From the sequence record PP359570: a DNA stretch of 64,000 bases. The stretch is one strand, 5' to 3'. The translations under genes were made by a program, and so were the position numbers. Under the pieces are notes generated by a model. The model was not told the DNA's origin and searched no databases. It worked only from the letters and a program-made list of their open reading frames with translations. Within the stretch, counting starts at the first letter, position 1. Each line of letters starts with the position of its first letter. The stretch comes from Escherichia phage ALITA. Positions 35,690 to 44,226 of this stretch are shown one piece after another.

Positions 35690-35960
35690 ATAAGTTATCT
35701 AACTAAATTAAAACTAATTATCTCACTTTTATTTATAACTTACTGTTACTATCTCATTGATAACCTTATATTAAACAACAATAACTAATATAAATCATTA
35801 CTAAGCTAAATATAATCTATCTAACCCTTAAAACTACAATTATAATCTATCTAATTGTTGCACAAAGTAACTATTAAATTGTTAGTAACATTACTAAATA
35901 ATTCACATCCTATCTATTTATGATCTAATCTTTACCTTTCTATCTATTACCTAAATAACC
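35690..35960. repeat. G-depleted tract with reiterated ATCTA / TATCTA motifs
   Basis: About 270 bp with only ~5% G on the plus strand and 10 or more ATCTA-type repeats; non-coding. Confidence 0.5.
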
Positions 35961-36517
35961 ATTTCATACAGTAATTATTCCATATGGTAATCATTTCATA
36001 CAATAATTATAACAAGAAATATAATTCGCAAGCGTATCATTAGCAGCCTATGCCGGACACATAGGCGGCTAATAATAACGCAACTACACACCCCACATAA
36101 TAACCATCAACGATGGTTATTATTTGTGTTTATGTAGCTTGCAACAATTGCAAGCGCAACAATATACATGGTATATTGTATTCCCTTACATTGTTGCGGT
36201 GCGTTATTATTAGCTAATGTTTAGAACATTGGCTATAATATAAGCTGCATATAATAAACTATGCAATAATAAACATGGTGAATAATGACACCGATGATCA
36301 TAATGCGCCACCCTCCAGGGGGCGCTATGTAAACACAAAGAAATCTTTCTTGTCAAGAAAATATTGCCACTATTGCGCAAAATTATTTTTATCTGAATAG
36401 ATGATTTTTCATACTATTGCCCCTATAACATACCTCATTTGTTGAGCCTACTTTCTTAAAAGCGCAATAAATCAGAATTATCTTGATTTTTAGGGCGTTT
36501 TATAGTACAGAAAGTAT

Positions 36518-36536
36518 GCAAATGATAATCATTATC
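36518..36536. promoter_or_regulatory. near-consensus Fur-box-like 19-mer
   Basis: GCAAATGATAATCATTATC matches the consensus GATAATGATAATCATTATC at 17 of 19 positions (16 consecutive). Confidence 0.5.
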
Positions 36537-36702
36537 AGCTATCTTCCACGGGTAGCACTATTTCACGCCAGATCATTTCATTTGGCAAGGTGTATATAGA
36601 TGTTTAGACTTGCCAAGCCATTGATTTACTTAGAATTTATCTGTTTTGTTGTGAGTAATACCTTTCTTACTCAGAAAATAATCAAAAGTCTTATAAGTCA
36701 TT

Positions 36703-36738
36703 GAATGATAATACAAATGATAATTATTCTCATTGATA
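36703..36738. promoter_or_regulatory. tandem degenerate Fur-box-like sites
   Basis: GAATGATAATACAAATGATAATTATTCTCATTGATA. Confidence 0.35.
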
Positions 36739-37093
36739 TTTGAGGGGGACGGTCGGCAGAAATCGGGGGGCGCTGAAAATCGCGTTAAGCACCTCTCGCA
36801 AGCGAGCAGTATTTTGCGGCAAGTTATTGATATTATTGACTTTACGCTTATGAAAAGGGGGTGTGTCGAAATAAATCGGGTATACCGGAAAATTTTTGTG
36901 GCATAGATATTTATTTGTCTATATTATGTACAAAGGGGTGTATTAAAAATAATAGGTATATATAGAATAATTGATAGGGAAATCCTATACTAATCCCTCC
37001 ATTAATGATGTTTCTATGTTGCTGTTATTGTAATAGATGAAAAGACGCTGTATGATGTGTGGCATGAAACGTAAACTTATAAAGGAGTCTGAT

Positions 37094-37463
37094 ATGTGTG
37101 TCCCTCTTAGCAGTCCACTGCTGTTAGAATTTTACAAAGCATGGATGGAAGATCATTCCTCAATGCATCGTGAGAATGTTGGTTTGTGTATTTGCCTTAT
37201 GGATTATCTGGCAACCACTATGTCAAAGAAAAAAAAAACCTACGCAAGAAGATATAGAACATTTCAAGATGGTTCGTAGTAAAACGCTGGAAGAGATGAA
37301 ATTGCAATTCACGTGTGCTGGGCTATCCTCCTTCCTGCCCTTTAATGATGACCTTCTGTGTTATGAAGATGAAGGTAAGAAACATTCTTGCCATACTAAC
37401 CCAGAGAGATTGCAGTGGGTGAAAGATCGTATCGAAGATGCAAATAATGTTTGCATTGGATAG
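37094..37463 (+). pseudogene. frameshifted member of a three-gene paralog family (frameshift at an A10 run, about 37229-37238)
   Basis: Track ORFs 37037..37279 and 37170..37463 are N- and C-terminal halves of one protein alignable to the 39245 and 40237 products; frames join if the A-run were A9. Confidence 0.6.
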
Positions 37464-37533
37464 AAATGCCTGTACACTGTGTTCCATAAGATATGCAATA
37501 TCGCGCATAACAAACTACTAATGAGAGGTGTAA

Positions 37534-37851
37534 ATGAGAACTTTATCTTTGTATATTGATCGTAACTCCATTCGAGAAATGCGAGATGTACAACAGGATT
37601 ATGAATTCTACCCGGAAATTTGTGAACGCTATGAAACTATTCTTAATTCTGTAGAAGACCCAGATACCAGTGAAACAGGTGCTTCCCACTTACTGTGGAT
37701 GTTGAATGAAATTCAGGATGGGTGTAATGATATGTCTGAAACCAAACGCCATCGTTGGCTAGGCTATATTCAGGGTGTTATGGTTATGAAAAACCTTATT
37801 ACAGTTGATGATGAACGTAACGCTACACGCCCCATCTTTAATGGAGCATAA
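37534..37851 (+). CDS. hypothetical protein
   Basis: 105-aa ORF. Confidence 0.5.
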   Translation: MRTLSLYIDRNSIREMRDVQQDYEFYPEICERYETILNSVEDPDTSETGASHLLWMLNEIQDGCNDMSETKRHRWLGYIQGVMVMKNLITVDDERNATRPIFNGA

Positions 37852-37852
37852 C

Positions 37853-38068
37853 ATGAAAAGCATTCAGGTGTGTATTGAAAATAATTGTGGTTATCTGGGG
37901 TTGACACATGTTGCTTTCCCTCTTATGTTAGATGCCGATATCGCTTACAGCGGAGTTGCTTATGTGTCATTCAAGACAATGAGCCAAGTACCTGGCTGGA
38001 AGTGGGAAGTAGTTGATGTTGTTGAAGGAGAAGATTATGTTTTCCTTCCACACGAATATATTGTTTAA
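37853..38068 (+). CDS. hypothetical protein
   Basis: Start at MKSIQV adjacent to upstream stop. Confidence 0.45.
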   Translation: MKSIQVCIENNCGYLGLTHVAFPLMLDADIAYSGVAYVSFKTMSQVPGWKWEVVDVVEGEDYVFLPHEYIV

Positions 38069-38082
38069 AAGAGGAAAAGAAG

Positions 38083-38259
38083 ATGGATAAAGAGACTACT
38101 GTGTACTTAGTAACAAAGAATACCCCAGGCTGGAGCCAATGCAGCACTGTACCTTACAAAATCTGTGCAACATTAGAACTAGCACAACGTGCAGAAGCAG
38201 AAGTGAATGCCATGCAATACAGCTATGGTGAAATCATTCCTTTTACTCTTGAACAATAA
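38083..38259 (+). CDS. hypothetical small protein (58 aa)
   Basis: Unlisted ORF MDKETTVYLV... with AAGAGGAAAAGAAG RBS. Confidence 0.4.
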   Translation: MDKETTVYLVTKNTPGWSQCSTVPYKICATLELAQRAEAEVNAMQYSYGEIIPFTLEQ

Positions 38260-38270
38260 GGAGTTGTGTA

Positions 38271-38723
38271 ATGTTTGAAATTGGTAAAGTGTATCGTTTT
38301 AAAAACCCATCTTATATCCGTAAGTTTGCTAACGTGTCTGAGTGCAATAGCAGGATTGCTTCTTTTTTAGGTGATTCCTATTTTCGTGTATTAGATGTGG
38401 ATGATTGGTATGGTGTCACTGCTTTGCAATCCTTAGCAGGAGAACAAGAAATTATCGCTCAAAATGAAGGAGACTTTCTTCAGTGTTACACGTTGCTTGC
38501 AAAAAGTGAGTTTGAATATTTTGTAGAAGTCTTAGAGGAAGCACCAAAAAGTAAACACGAAGAGAAATACCTGCTTGTAGTGGATGGAGTTCCGATCATG
38601 GAAACCATCTCCCGTGAGGAAGTTGAAAAAGAGGCGAAACGTTACAAGCTGGATCGTACACAGAGTGTAGTTGAAATCTATTCTCTTGTTGGTGTTGCAG
38701 ATATTAGTGTGAACATCGTATAA
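38271..38723 (+). CDS. hypothetical protein
   Basis: 150-aa ORF. Confidence 0.5.
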   Translation: MFEIGKVYRFKNPSYIRKFANVSECNSRIASFLGDSYFRVLDVDDWYGVTALQSLAGEQEIIAQNEGDFLQCYTLLAKSEFEYFVEVLEEAPKSKHEEKYLLVVDGVPIMETISREEVEKEAKRYKLDRTQSVVEIYSLVGVADISVNIV

Positions 38724-38726
38724 TAT

Positions 38727-38939
38727 ATGTGTAATGGCAGATACATTCTTCGTGTATCTGATAAGTCTCCTATGTTTGACTGGCGGGGCTGGTGGCTACT
38801 AGCTCCGATGCAAGGTCTGACAGACGTGGAAAAGGAGGCTTATGTGTATACAAAAGAAGAGATAGAAGATAGTCTTTATTTGACAGATAACATTAAGAAT
38901 GGTATCTTTGAGTGTAAATTGAAAGGAGAGGAAGAATGA
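38727..38939 (+). CDS. hypothetical protein
   Basis: 70-aa ORF. Confidence 0.45.
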   Translation: MCNGRYILRVSDKSPMFDWRGWWLLAPMQGLTDVEKEAYVYTKEEIEDSLYLTDNIKNGIFECKLKGEEE

Positions 38940-39235
38940 CTATTACAGAAAAACTGCGCTGTATTGCGAAGCAAAGTGGAGAAGGTTTATGGTTTCCTAT
39001 TGAGGAAATTATTCAGGACTGTTATGATCAGGCTAAGACTGGCAAATACTCCAAAGCATTTAAACCATCTGTTTTCGGTTTGGATGACTATCCAAAAAAT
39101 GAGCAAGCAAAGAAACGACAAGTTGATTTGATTGATCTTGCTATGGAAGCACTACGAGAGCATGGGCTTAGTAAGGTGTATGCTTTAAACACCAAAGAGG
39201 GTTTTGTAGATTCAGTGATCGTAGACTGGTATTAA
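38936..39235 (+). CDS. hypothetical protein
   Basis: 99-aa ORF, ATGA overlap. Confidence 0.5.
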   Translation: MTITEKLRCIAKQSGEGLWFPIEEIIQDCYDQAKTGKYSKAFKPSVFGLDDYPKNEQAKKRQVDLIDLAMEALREHGLSKVYALNTKEGFVDSVIVDWY

Positions 39236-39244
39236 GGAGAAGCC

Positions 39245-39613
39245 ATGCAAGAGAATAGTAAAGTGTGTAACATGAAAAGCAGCCCCTATTTGCTACAATT
39301 TTATGAGTGGTGGTTAGAACAAGAAGATACAAACTTTAGCAAAAAGCATTATGGTCTTTGCACGTGTCTTGTAGACTTCTTATACAATATTGCTTTGATA
39401 AAAGATGTTGAGAATGTAGCAAAGCTCCAATCCTCTGTACGAGAGGAAATGAAGGAACAATTTAAGAAAGCGGGTTTGAACCATTTACATCCGTTTAATA
39501 CGGATTTCTCGCACTACTTTACGGAAACAGAACTAGGCATTGCACACCTTAATAAAGAACGTGTACAATGGGTGATTGATCGTATTCGTGATATGGAGGA
39601 ATACAATGGTTAA
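39245..39613 (+). CDS. hypothetical protein, paralog family 1
   Basis: SSPYLLQFYEWW...GLCTCLVDFL...NKERVQWVIDRIRD aligns with the 37094 and 40237 products. Confidence 0.55.
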   Translation: MQENSKVCNMKSSPYLLQFYEWWLEQEDTNFSKKHYGLCTCLVDFLYNIALIKDVENVAKLQSSVREEMKEQFKKAGLNHLHPFNTDFSHYFTETELGIAHLNKERVQWVIDRIRDMEEYNG

Positions 39614-39824
39614 GTTTAAAACTTTCTGTGCAATCACTGTTTGTCTTATTCTTGCATACGTGTTATTCTCTAGTATCATTCGTTTAGGTGAGTATATGGC
39701 AAGAGAAGCTCGTGAAAGTGAAGCTAAAAAAGAACAGTGCATCGTGTTAAAGCACCAAAGGGATGCTGAAAAGTTTCTCGCACTTGATTGCAATCGTTAT
39801 GTATCTTATCAAATGTATGAGTAA
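39606..39824 (+). CDS. small membrane-anchored protein, paralog family 2
   Basis: Start at MVKFK (GGAGG RBS); KEQCIVLKHQRDAEKFL similar to KEKCIILKHKKQAEDFL of the 43078 product. Confidence 0.5.
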   Translation: MVKFKTFCAITVCLILAYVLFSSIIRLGEYMAREARESEAKKEQCIVLKHQRDAEKFLALDCNRYVSYQMYE

Positions 39825-39833
39825 GGAGGGTTT

Positions 39834-40058
39834 ATGGTAAAACGTCTGGAATGGGATGCGTGTACTGCTCACGCTTGTCACTGTGATATTGTTGAAGATC
39901 CTAATGGAGAGATGGTGTATTATGAGGATTACGAAGCATTGCACAATGCTGTGATTGCTTTACTGGATGATATTGGCTCACGCTATCCAGGACAACAATT
40001 CACGTGTCCACATATCCAACTATTAGCCGAACTTACGGAGTATCCAAGTGTTCCATAA
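39834..40058 (+). CDS. hypothetical Cys-rich protein, paralog family 3
   Basis: CDIVEDPNGEMVYYEDYEAL similar to CDIVPDPEGDYVLLADYNKL of the 43954 product. Confidence 0.5.
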   Translation: MVKRLEWDACTAHACHCDIVEDPNGEMVYYEDYEALHNAVIALLDDIGSRYPGQQFTCPHIQLLAELTEYPSVP

Positions 40059-40059
40059 T

Positions 40060-40227
40060 ATGGGTGTCCCTGAACAACTGCTCTTTATTGTAGGATTAGT
40101 AGGCTTATTGGCGGCTGGCGCTAAAGCCGCTTCTCACACGCATCACATAATGTTAAGATTTCTATTCCTGCTCCCTTCTATCCTCGTACTACTAGTCATA
40201 CTGATCGATAACATTTTTCACAATTAA
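40060..40227 (+). CDS. hypothetical membrane protein (55 aa)
   Basis: Unlisted ORF with two hydrophobic helices. Confidence 0.3.
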   Translation: MGVPEQLLFIVGLVGLLAAGAKAASHTHHIMLRFLFLLPSILVLLVILIDNIFHN

Positions 40228-40236
40228 GGAGAGGTC

Positions 40237-40821
40237 ATGAGTAAAATTATACCAAGCAGTTATGAATTATTGCAGTTTTATGTATATTATATAGACTGGG
40301 TTAATAGATCGAATGTTAAAGACAATGCGATGTTTAGTAAAAACATCTGTTTAACAGAAAGTATCTTCCGTTACTGGCACACAGGTAGAAAGTGTACACA
40401 CAGTGAAGCTATGCGCATTGTAGGTGAATACCTGGAGCAATTGCAAAAAGCAGAGCTACCTGTCCTTCACCCATTCAATGAATCTAAAGAAGAATTAGAA
40501 CAAGAGTGTAGAGAAGGTAAGTGCCATTTGAATGAAAAACGTATCGAATGGGTGAGGCAACGTTTAGCCGATGCAGGAAAGACTCCTAGTGACTCTGACT
40601 ATACGTGGTATGATGTAGAGGGTTTAGTTCAAGGTTTTGAGGCTTGTGCTATAGATAATACAAACTTTGCCAAAGTTTTATGCGAGGCTTATGACCTGGC
40701 AGATAAAATCCGAAATCACGGATGGAAACAAGAGCATAAAGAATCATATGAACGCCTTGACAAGATTTTCAAACAGATCTATTCTAACCACAAGAAGATG
40801 TTCCAAATGGAGGATGTGTAA
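40237..40821 (+). CDS. hypothetical protein, paralog family 1 (longest member)
   Basis: N-terminal 120 aa alignable to the 39245 product; extra C-terminal domain. Confidence 0.55.
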   Translation: MSKIIPSSYELLQFYVYYIDWVNRSNVKDNAMFSKNICLTESIFRYWHTGRKCTHSEAMRIVGEYLEQLQKAELPVLHPFNESKEELEQECREGKCHLNEKRIEWVRQRLADAGKTPSDSDYTWYDVEGLVQGFEACAIDNTNFAKVLCEAYDLADKIRNHGWKQEHKESYERLDKIFKQIYSNHKKMFQMEDV

Positions 40822-40893
40822 TGAAAGAGATTATTTTGAAGGGCATCGTTACGAAGTTCCAGAATACTGTCTTTGGATAAAACGGGAGGAATA

Positions 40894-41061
40894 ATGCAAA
40901 CATTTTTTATCGACAAGTTCAATAAAAGTATGAACACGTGGATGGCAACATTCACTATGCAATTTGCGTCATTTAAAGAAGCTCAAGAATGGTGCGATCA
41001 ACACAAGGATTTTGATTTTTACTATCAAGTTAATGCAAACCTTTCTCCAGAGGAGAAATAA
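40894..41061 (+). CDS. hypothetical small protein
   Basis: Start at MQTFFI with GGGAGG RBS. Confidence 0.45.
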   Translation: MQTFFIDKFNKSMNTWMATFTMQFASFKEAQEWCDQHKDFDFYYQVNANLSPEEK

Positions 41062-41062
41062 T

Positions 41063-41407
41063 ATGTTGGCTGATATTGAAATCCTTATGTACCGACAAGG
41101 TATGATCAAAATGTGGCTAGATTCTTTTAGCAACATATACTGTACAGTACGATCAGCAGACGAGCGTAAAACGCTTATTTTATCTGCTATTGTTGATAAA
41201 CAACGTTTCTTCAAAGAAATTTTGCAAACAGGCTTCTCCGATGCAGGAGTAGAGATTGCAACGCTTAGTCTTGGAGTGCTGTCTTACTTGGAATCCGTTG
41301 TTTTATATGTCTTCTCTTTAGAGGAAGACTTGCAATTTGAAGCATTAAAACTTATCCTAGATGCTGCAATTGACATAGAACAAAATCGAATTGATTCTTT
41401 TGAATAA
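41063..41407 (+). CDS. hypothetical protein
   Basis: Start at MLADIE with GAGGAG RBS. Confidence 0.45.
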   Translation: MLADIEILMYRQGMIKMWLDSFSNIYCTVRSADERKTLILSAIVDKQRFFKEILQTGFSDAGVEIATLSLGVLSYLESVVLYVFSLEEDLQFEALKLILDAAIDIEQNRIDSFE

Positions 41408-41422
41408 AATAAGGAGAAAACT

Positions 41423-41881
41423 ATGAAAGAGGTTAAACATTATCCACATGGTCGTAGTTTTGTAGCTGTATGGCATGTTCCTGCTCGTAATGAACTATTT
41501 TGTGCATCTTTTCATTACAAAGATGGACAATATTTCACCTATGACGAAACGATGGATGATTTTATCCCAGAGTGCGATCATGGGTATACACCAATGTTCT
41601 TTAAACGTATGAAAGCTCGTTTCTTCGTTACAGATGTTGATGGTGAACCTACTTGGCACATCGAAGAAGATTGGCAAGATTCTGTGGATATTAAAGAAGC
41701 CCCAGAATGGGCTACACTACTGGTACACGTCAAAACCCCTACTCTTGACGTTATGGCGTGGGTTAATCATGATGATACCCATTACCAATACATAAATGGT
41801 AGCACAGAGATTTCTGGTGAGATTATTGGTCGTTGGAAGCCTACGAATCAGGTTGCTATTGTCGGGTATAAGACAGTATAA
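41423..41881 (+). CDS. hypothetical protein
   Basis: 152-aa ORF with AAGGAG RBS. Confidence 0.5.
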   Translation: MKEVKHYPHGRSFVAVWHVPARNELFCASFHYKDGQYFTYDETMDDFIPECDHGYTPMFFKRMKARFFVTDVDGEPTWHIEEDWQDSVDIKEAPEWATLLVHVKTPTLDVMAWVNHDDTHYQYINGSTEISGEIIGRWKPTNQVAIVGYKTV

Positions 41882-41882
41882 T

Positions 41883-42077
41883 ATGAAAAATAATGTAGAT
41901 TGGGATGATTTATCCGATTTTGAAAAATGGTTCTTAGGTAGTGGTTGTTATGCAGATGGGGATCTCGAAAGAGATCCTTCTGGAAACTACACTATGCCAT
42001 TAACCCAAGGTTTTTATGAGTGCTGGTGCGCAGCACAAAACAACGTACTGATTAAGGAGACAACACAATGCAATTAA
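41883..42077 (+). CDS. hypothetical protein
   Basis: Start at MKNNVD. Confidence 0.4.
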   Translation: MKNNVDWDDLSDFEKWFLGSGCYADGDLERDPSGNYTMPLTQGFYECWCAAQNNVLIKETTQCN

Positions 42078-42307
42078 ACATCGGACAACCAATTTTTGAT
42101 GCAGATACTGGTCAATATGCAGTGATTGTTGCTCGTATGAGCGGTGATGACCTTATTGTTTCAGAACTACTCGGATCAGATCCGCAACTGCGCGTAGTAT
42201 GTGACCTATATCTTCGAGACGAAAGTGATCGCATTGCACTGAAAGAAGATGGTATGCTCTACTATACCTGGACTAGAGATCCTGGGGTAACGGAGGTAGA
42301 GGTATAA
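42068..42307 (+). CDS. hypothetical protein
   Basis: 79-aa ORF. Confidence 0.45.
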   Translation: MQLNIGQPIFDADTGQYAVIVARMSGDDLIVSELLGSDPQLRVVCDLYLRDESDRIALKEDGMLYYTWTRDPGVTEVEV

Positions 42308-42606
42308 TGGTAAGGAATAGGGGTTTACATAAAAGAAGACACCTTACTTACTGGCATCGTAAAGTACATGAACCTGTATCAAAGAAAGAATGGCAATATC
42401 TGCCTTATGGGAAGGAGCGAAGAAAGTATCTGTTAGCTCACTTAAGGGTACATGGTTCTCTTCCTGTTAACAGTAAGTGGCAATTGCAAACAGCTTATGA
42501 CGAAGATATGAAATATCTGTTAAAGAGAGGCATTATTTGCCTTGTTAAGATAGGACGATGGAAATCTCGTCAATCTTATATCGTACTTAAACAGGAGAAA
42601 CGATGA
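42307..42606 (+). CDS. hypothetical basic protein
   Basis: 99-aa Lys/Arg-rich ORF. Confidence 0.45.
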   Translation: MVRNRGLHKRRHLTYWHRKVHEPVSKKEWQYLPYGKERRKYLLAHLRVHGSLPVNSKWQLQTAYDEDMKYLLKRGIICLVKIGRWKSRQSYIVLKQEKR

Positions 42607-42854
42607 ATATCAAAGATGTTGTAGCATACGTAGAAGATGAAGTTAAAAACCATACAAGTTTACTGAAAGTAATGGTTGTGGTTAAAGATGGTATTGGACA
42701 AGTAAACGTACAACATGTCTTATCTGACACTGTATATAATGTGTTTGAATGTAAAGAAACACCTCATGGAGTACGTGTGGTTTATATTGATAACAATTTC
42801 AAAGAATGTGTGAGACATACCTTAGAAAATGAACTAAGGATCACAATCTTATGA
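42603..42854 (+). CDS. hypothetical protein
   Basis: 83-aa ORF. Confidence 0.45.
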   Translation: MNIKDVVAYVEDEVKNHTSLLKVMVVVKDGIGQVNVQHVLSDTVYNVFECKETPHGVRVVYIDNNFKECVRHTLENELRITIL

Positions 42855-43024
42855 GTTATTATGTTGTACCTTATGCCAATAAGTGGAGAGTAAGAGAAAC
42901 TTGTTTTCTATTCTCCTGGTGGGCTACGTTCGGAGATGGTTGTGGAAATGATACAGGAAAGCCTGTAGAGTACGACACAAAAGAAGAATGTGAACAGTGG
43001 ATAAAATTAACACAAAGATGTTGA
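42851..43024 (+). CDS. hypothetical small protein (57 aa)
   Basis: Unlisted ORF with ATGA overlap to upstream gene. Confidence 0.3.
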   Translation: MSYYVVPYANKWRVRETCFLFSWWATFGDGCGNDTGKPVEYDTKEECEQWIKLTQRC

Positions 43025-43077
43025 CACGATCTTAACTTCTTGTTAGTATCAATGTGTACTAACGATAAGGAGGGTTT

Positions 43078-43302
43078 ATGAAGTCTGTAAACAAGTTGCA
43101 ACAATTTTTGTTATCAACAGCAATCTTTTTGCTTTTGTTAATTGGTATTCTGTATGGTGCATCTAACTTATACAATCTACATAATGATGTAGAACAGAAT
43201 AAAGAGAAGTGCATCATTCTAAAACACAAGAAACAAGCAGAAGATTTCTTAAAGAATAAGTGTTACAACTACATTGATTATGAGGAGACAAACAATGATT
43301 AA
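43078..43302 (+). CDS. small membrane-anchored protein, paralog family 2
   Basis: AGGAGGG RBS; N-terminal TM helix; paralog of 39606. Confidence 0.5.
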   Translation: MKSVNKLQQFLLSTAIFLLLLIGILYGASNLYNLHNDVEQNKEKCIILKHKKQAEDFLKNKCYNYIDYEETNND

Positions 43303-43537
43303 AGAATTAGGTATGCGAGTATACAGTGAGTGGACTCCAAGCAATGGCCCAGGAGTTGTTGCAGCTAAATGTATCAATGGTCGTATTGAGTACCTGGAAG
43401 GGTATGAAGATAATGAAGAGTTAGTAGATTATGCTAAATCTTTTATTGAAGATGATACAGACTTTATTGTATTATATGATACAGGAGAGTTAGAGTATGG
43501 ATATGATGGAGATGGGGATATCTTTGAACTTCAATAA
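43295..43537 (+). CDS. hypothetical acidic protein
   Basis: Start at MIKELG. Confidence 0.45.
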   Translation: MIKELGMRVYSEWTPSNGPGVVAAKCINGRIEYLEGYEDNEELVDYAKSFIEDDTDFIVLYDTGELEYGYDGDGDIFELQ

Positions 43538-43744
43538 GAGTAGTAAGTAAGGTATAAAGAGTATATAGTTAGTTATAGAGTTAGTAACATTACATATACT
43601 CTTTCCATGTATAACATGGAATATTCTCTACCTCGCTATCGCTCGGTATATAAGATTAGGGTAGCATGTTTTTTACGAAAAGTAAAACTGTTTATACCGA
43701 TTGATAGCAGGTTTTTAATAGATTCTATCTATGAGGAGTAAAAA

Positions 43745-43963
43745 GTGTACAAATTATATAAAGGAAAAGATAAGTTTACGGGTAATACATCTGGTTTCTA
43801 TGTAACACCACGTGGCGTTGCCGTATTTGATTGGATTCCTGGTACTCCAGATCGTGAAATGATCTCTCTTGTAAAACTGTCGGAACAAGAGTACACTTAC
43901 GGTGACATTACAACATTCTATTCTCGTGCAGAAAATCCAAAACTGATCGCGGAGTGGGAATAA
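43745..43963 (+). CDS. hypothetical protein (GTG start)
   Basis: Track ORF; GGAG RBS. Confidence 0.4.
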   Translation: MYKLYKGKDKFTGNTSGFYVTPRGVAVFDWIPGTPDREMISLVKLSEQEYTYGDITTFYSRAENPKLIAEWE

Positions 43964-44226
43964 TGGTTACACGATATGGCTTAGAGGTGTACAGCCAAGG
44001 TGCTGCTGGTCAATGTGATATTGTACCAGATCCAGAAGGAGACTATGTTCTTCTTGCTGATTACAACAAGCTAGAAGAAAGACTTCTGGCTGTGTATGCT
44101 AAAGAGAACAAAACAATCTGTCCTTATTGCAATGGAATGGGTTGGGTGGTTGCAGATGTTGGACAAATGTATGAATGTGTACCTTGTAAAACCACAGGCT
44201 TTATTGAAAAGGATACTGACAAATGA
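43954..44226 (+). CDS. hypothetical Cys-rich protein, paralog family 3
   Basis: Paralog of 39834; extra CPYCNGMGW...CVPCK Zn-ribbon-like tail. Confidence 0.5.
   Translation: MGIMVTRYGLEVYSQGAAGQCDIVPDPEGDYVLLADYNKLEERLLAVYAKENKTICPYCNGMGWVVADVGQMYECVPCKTTGFIEKDTDK

Noticed and set aside
37037-37093. Upstream Met-rich start (MKRRCMMCGMKRK...) for the frameshifted paralog
   Set aside because: Paralogs begin at the equivalent of MCVPLSSP and that start (37094) has a good AAGGAG RBS; the upstream extension has none.
40821-40880. 19-aa micro-ORF MKEIILKGIVTKFQNTVFG
   Set aside because: Too short to support without expression data; likely an untranslated spacer between the 40237 and 40894 genes.
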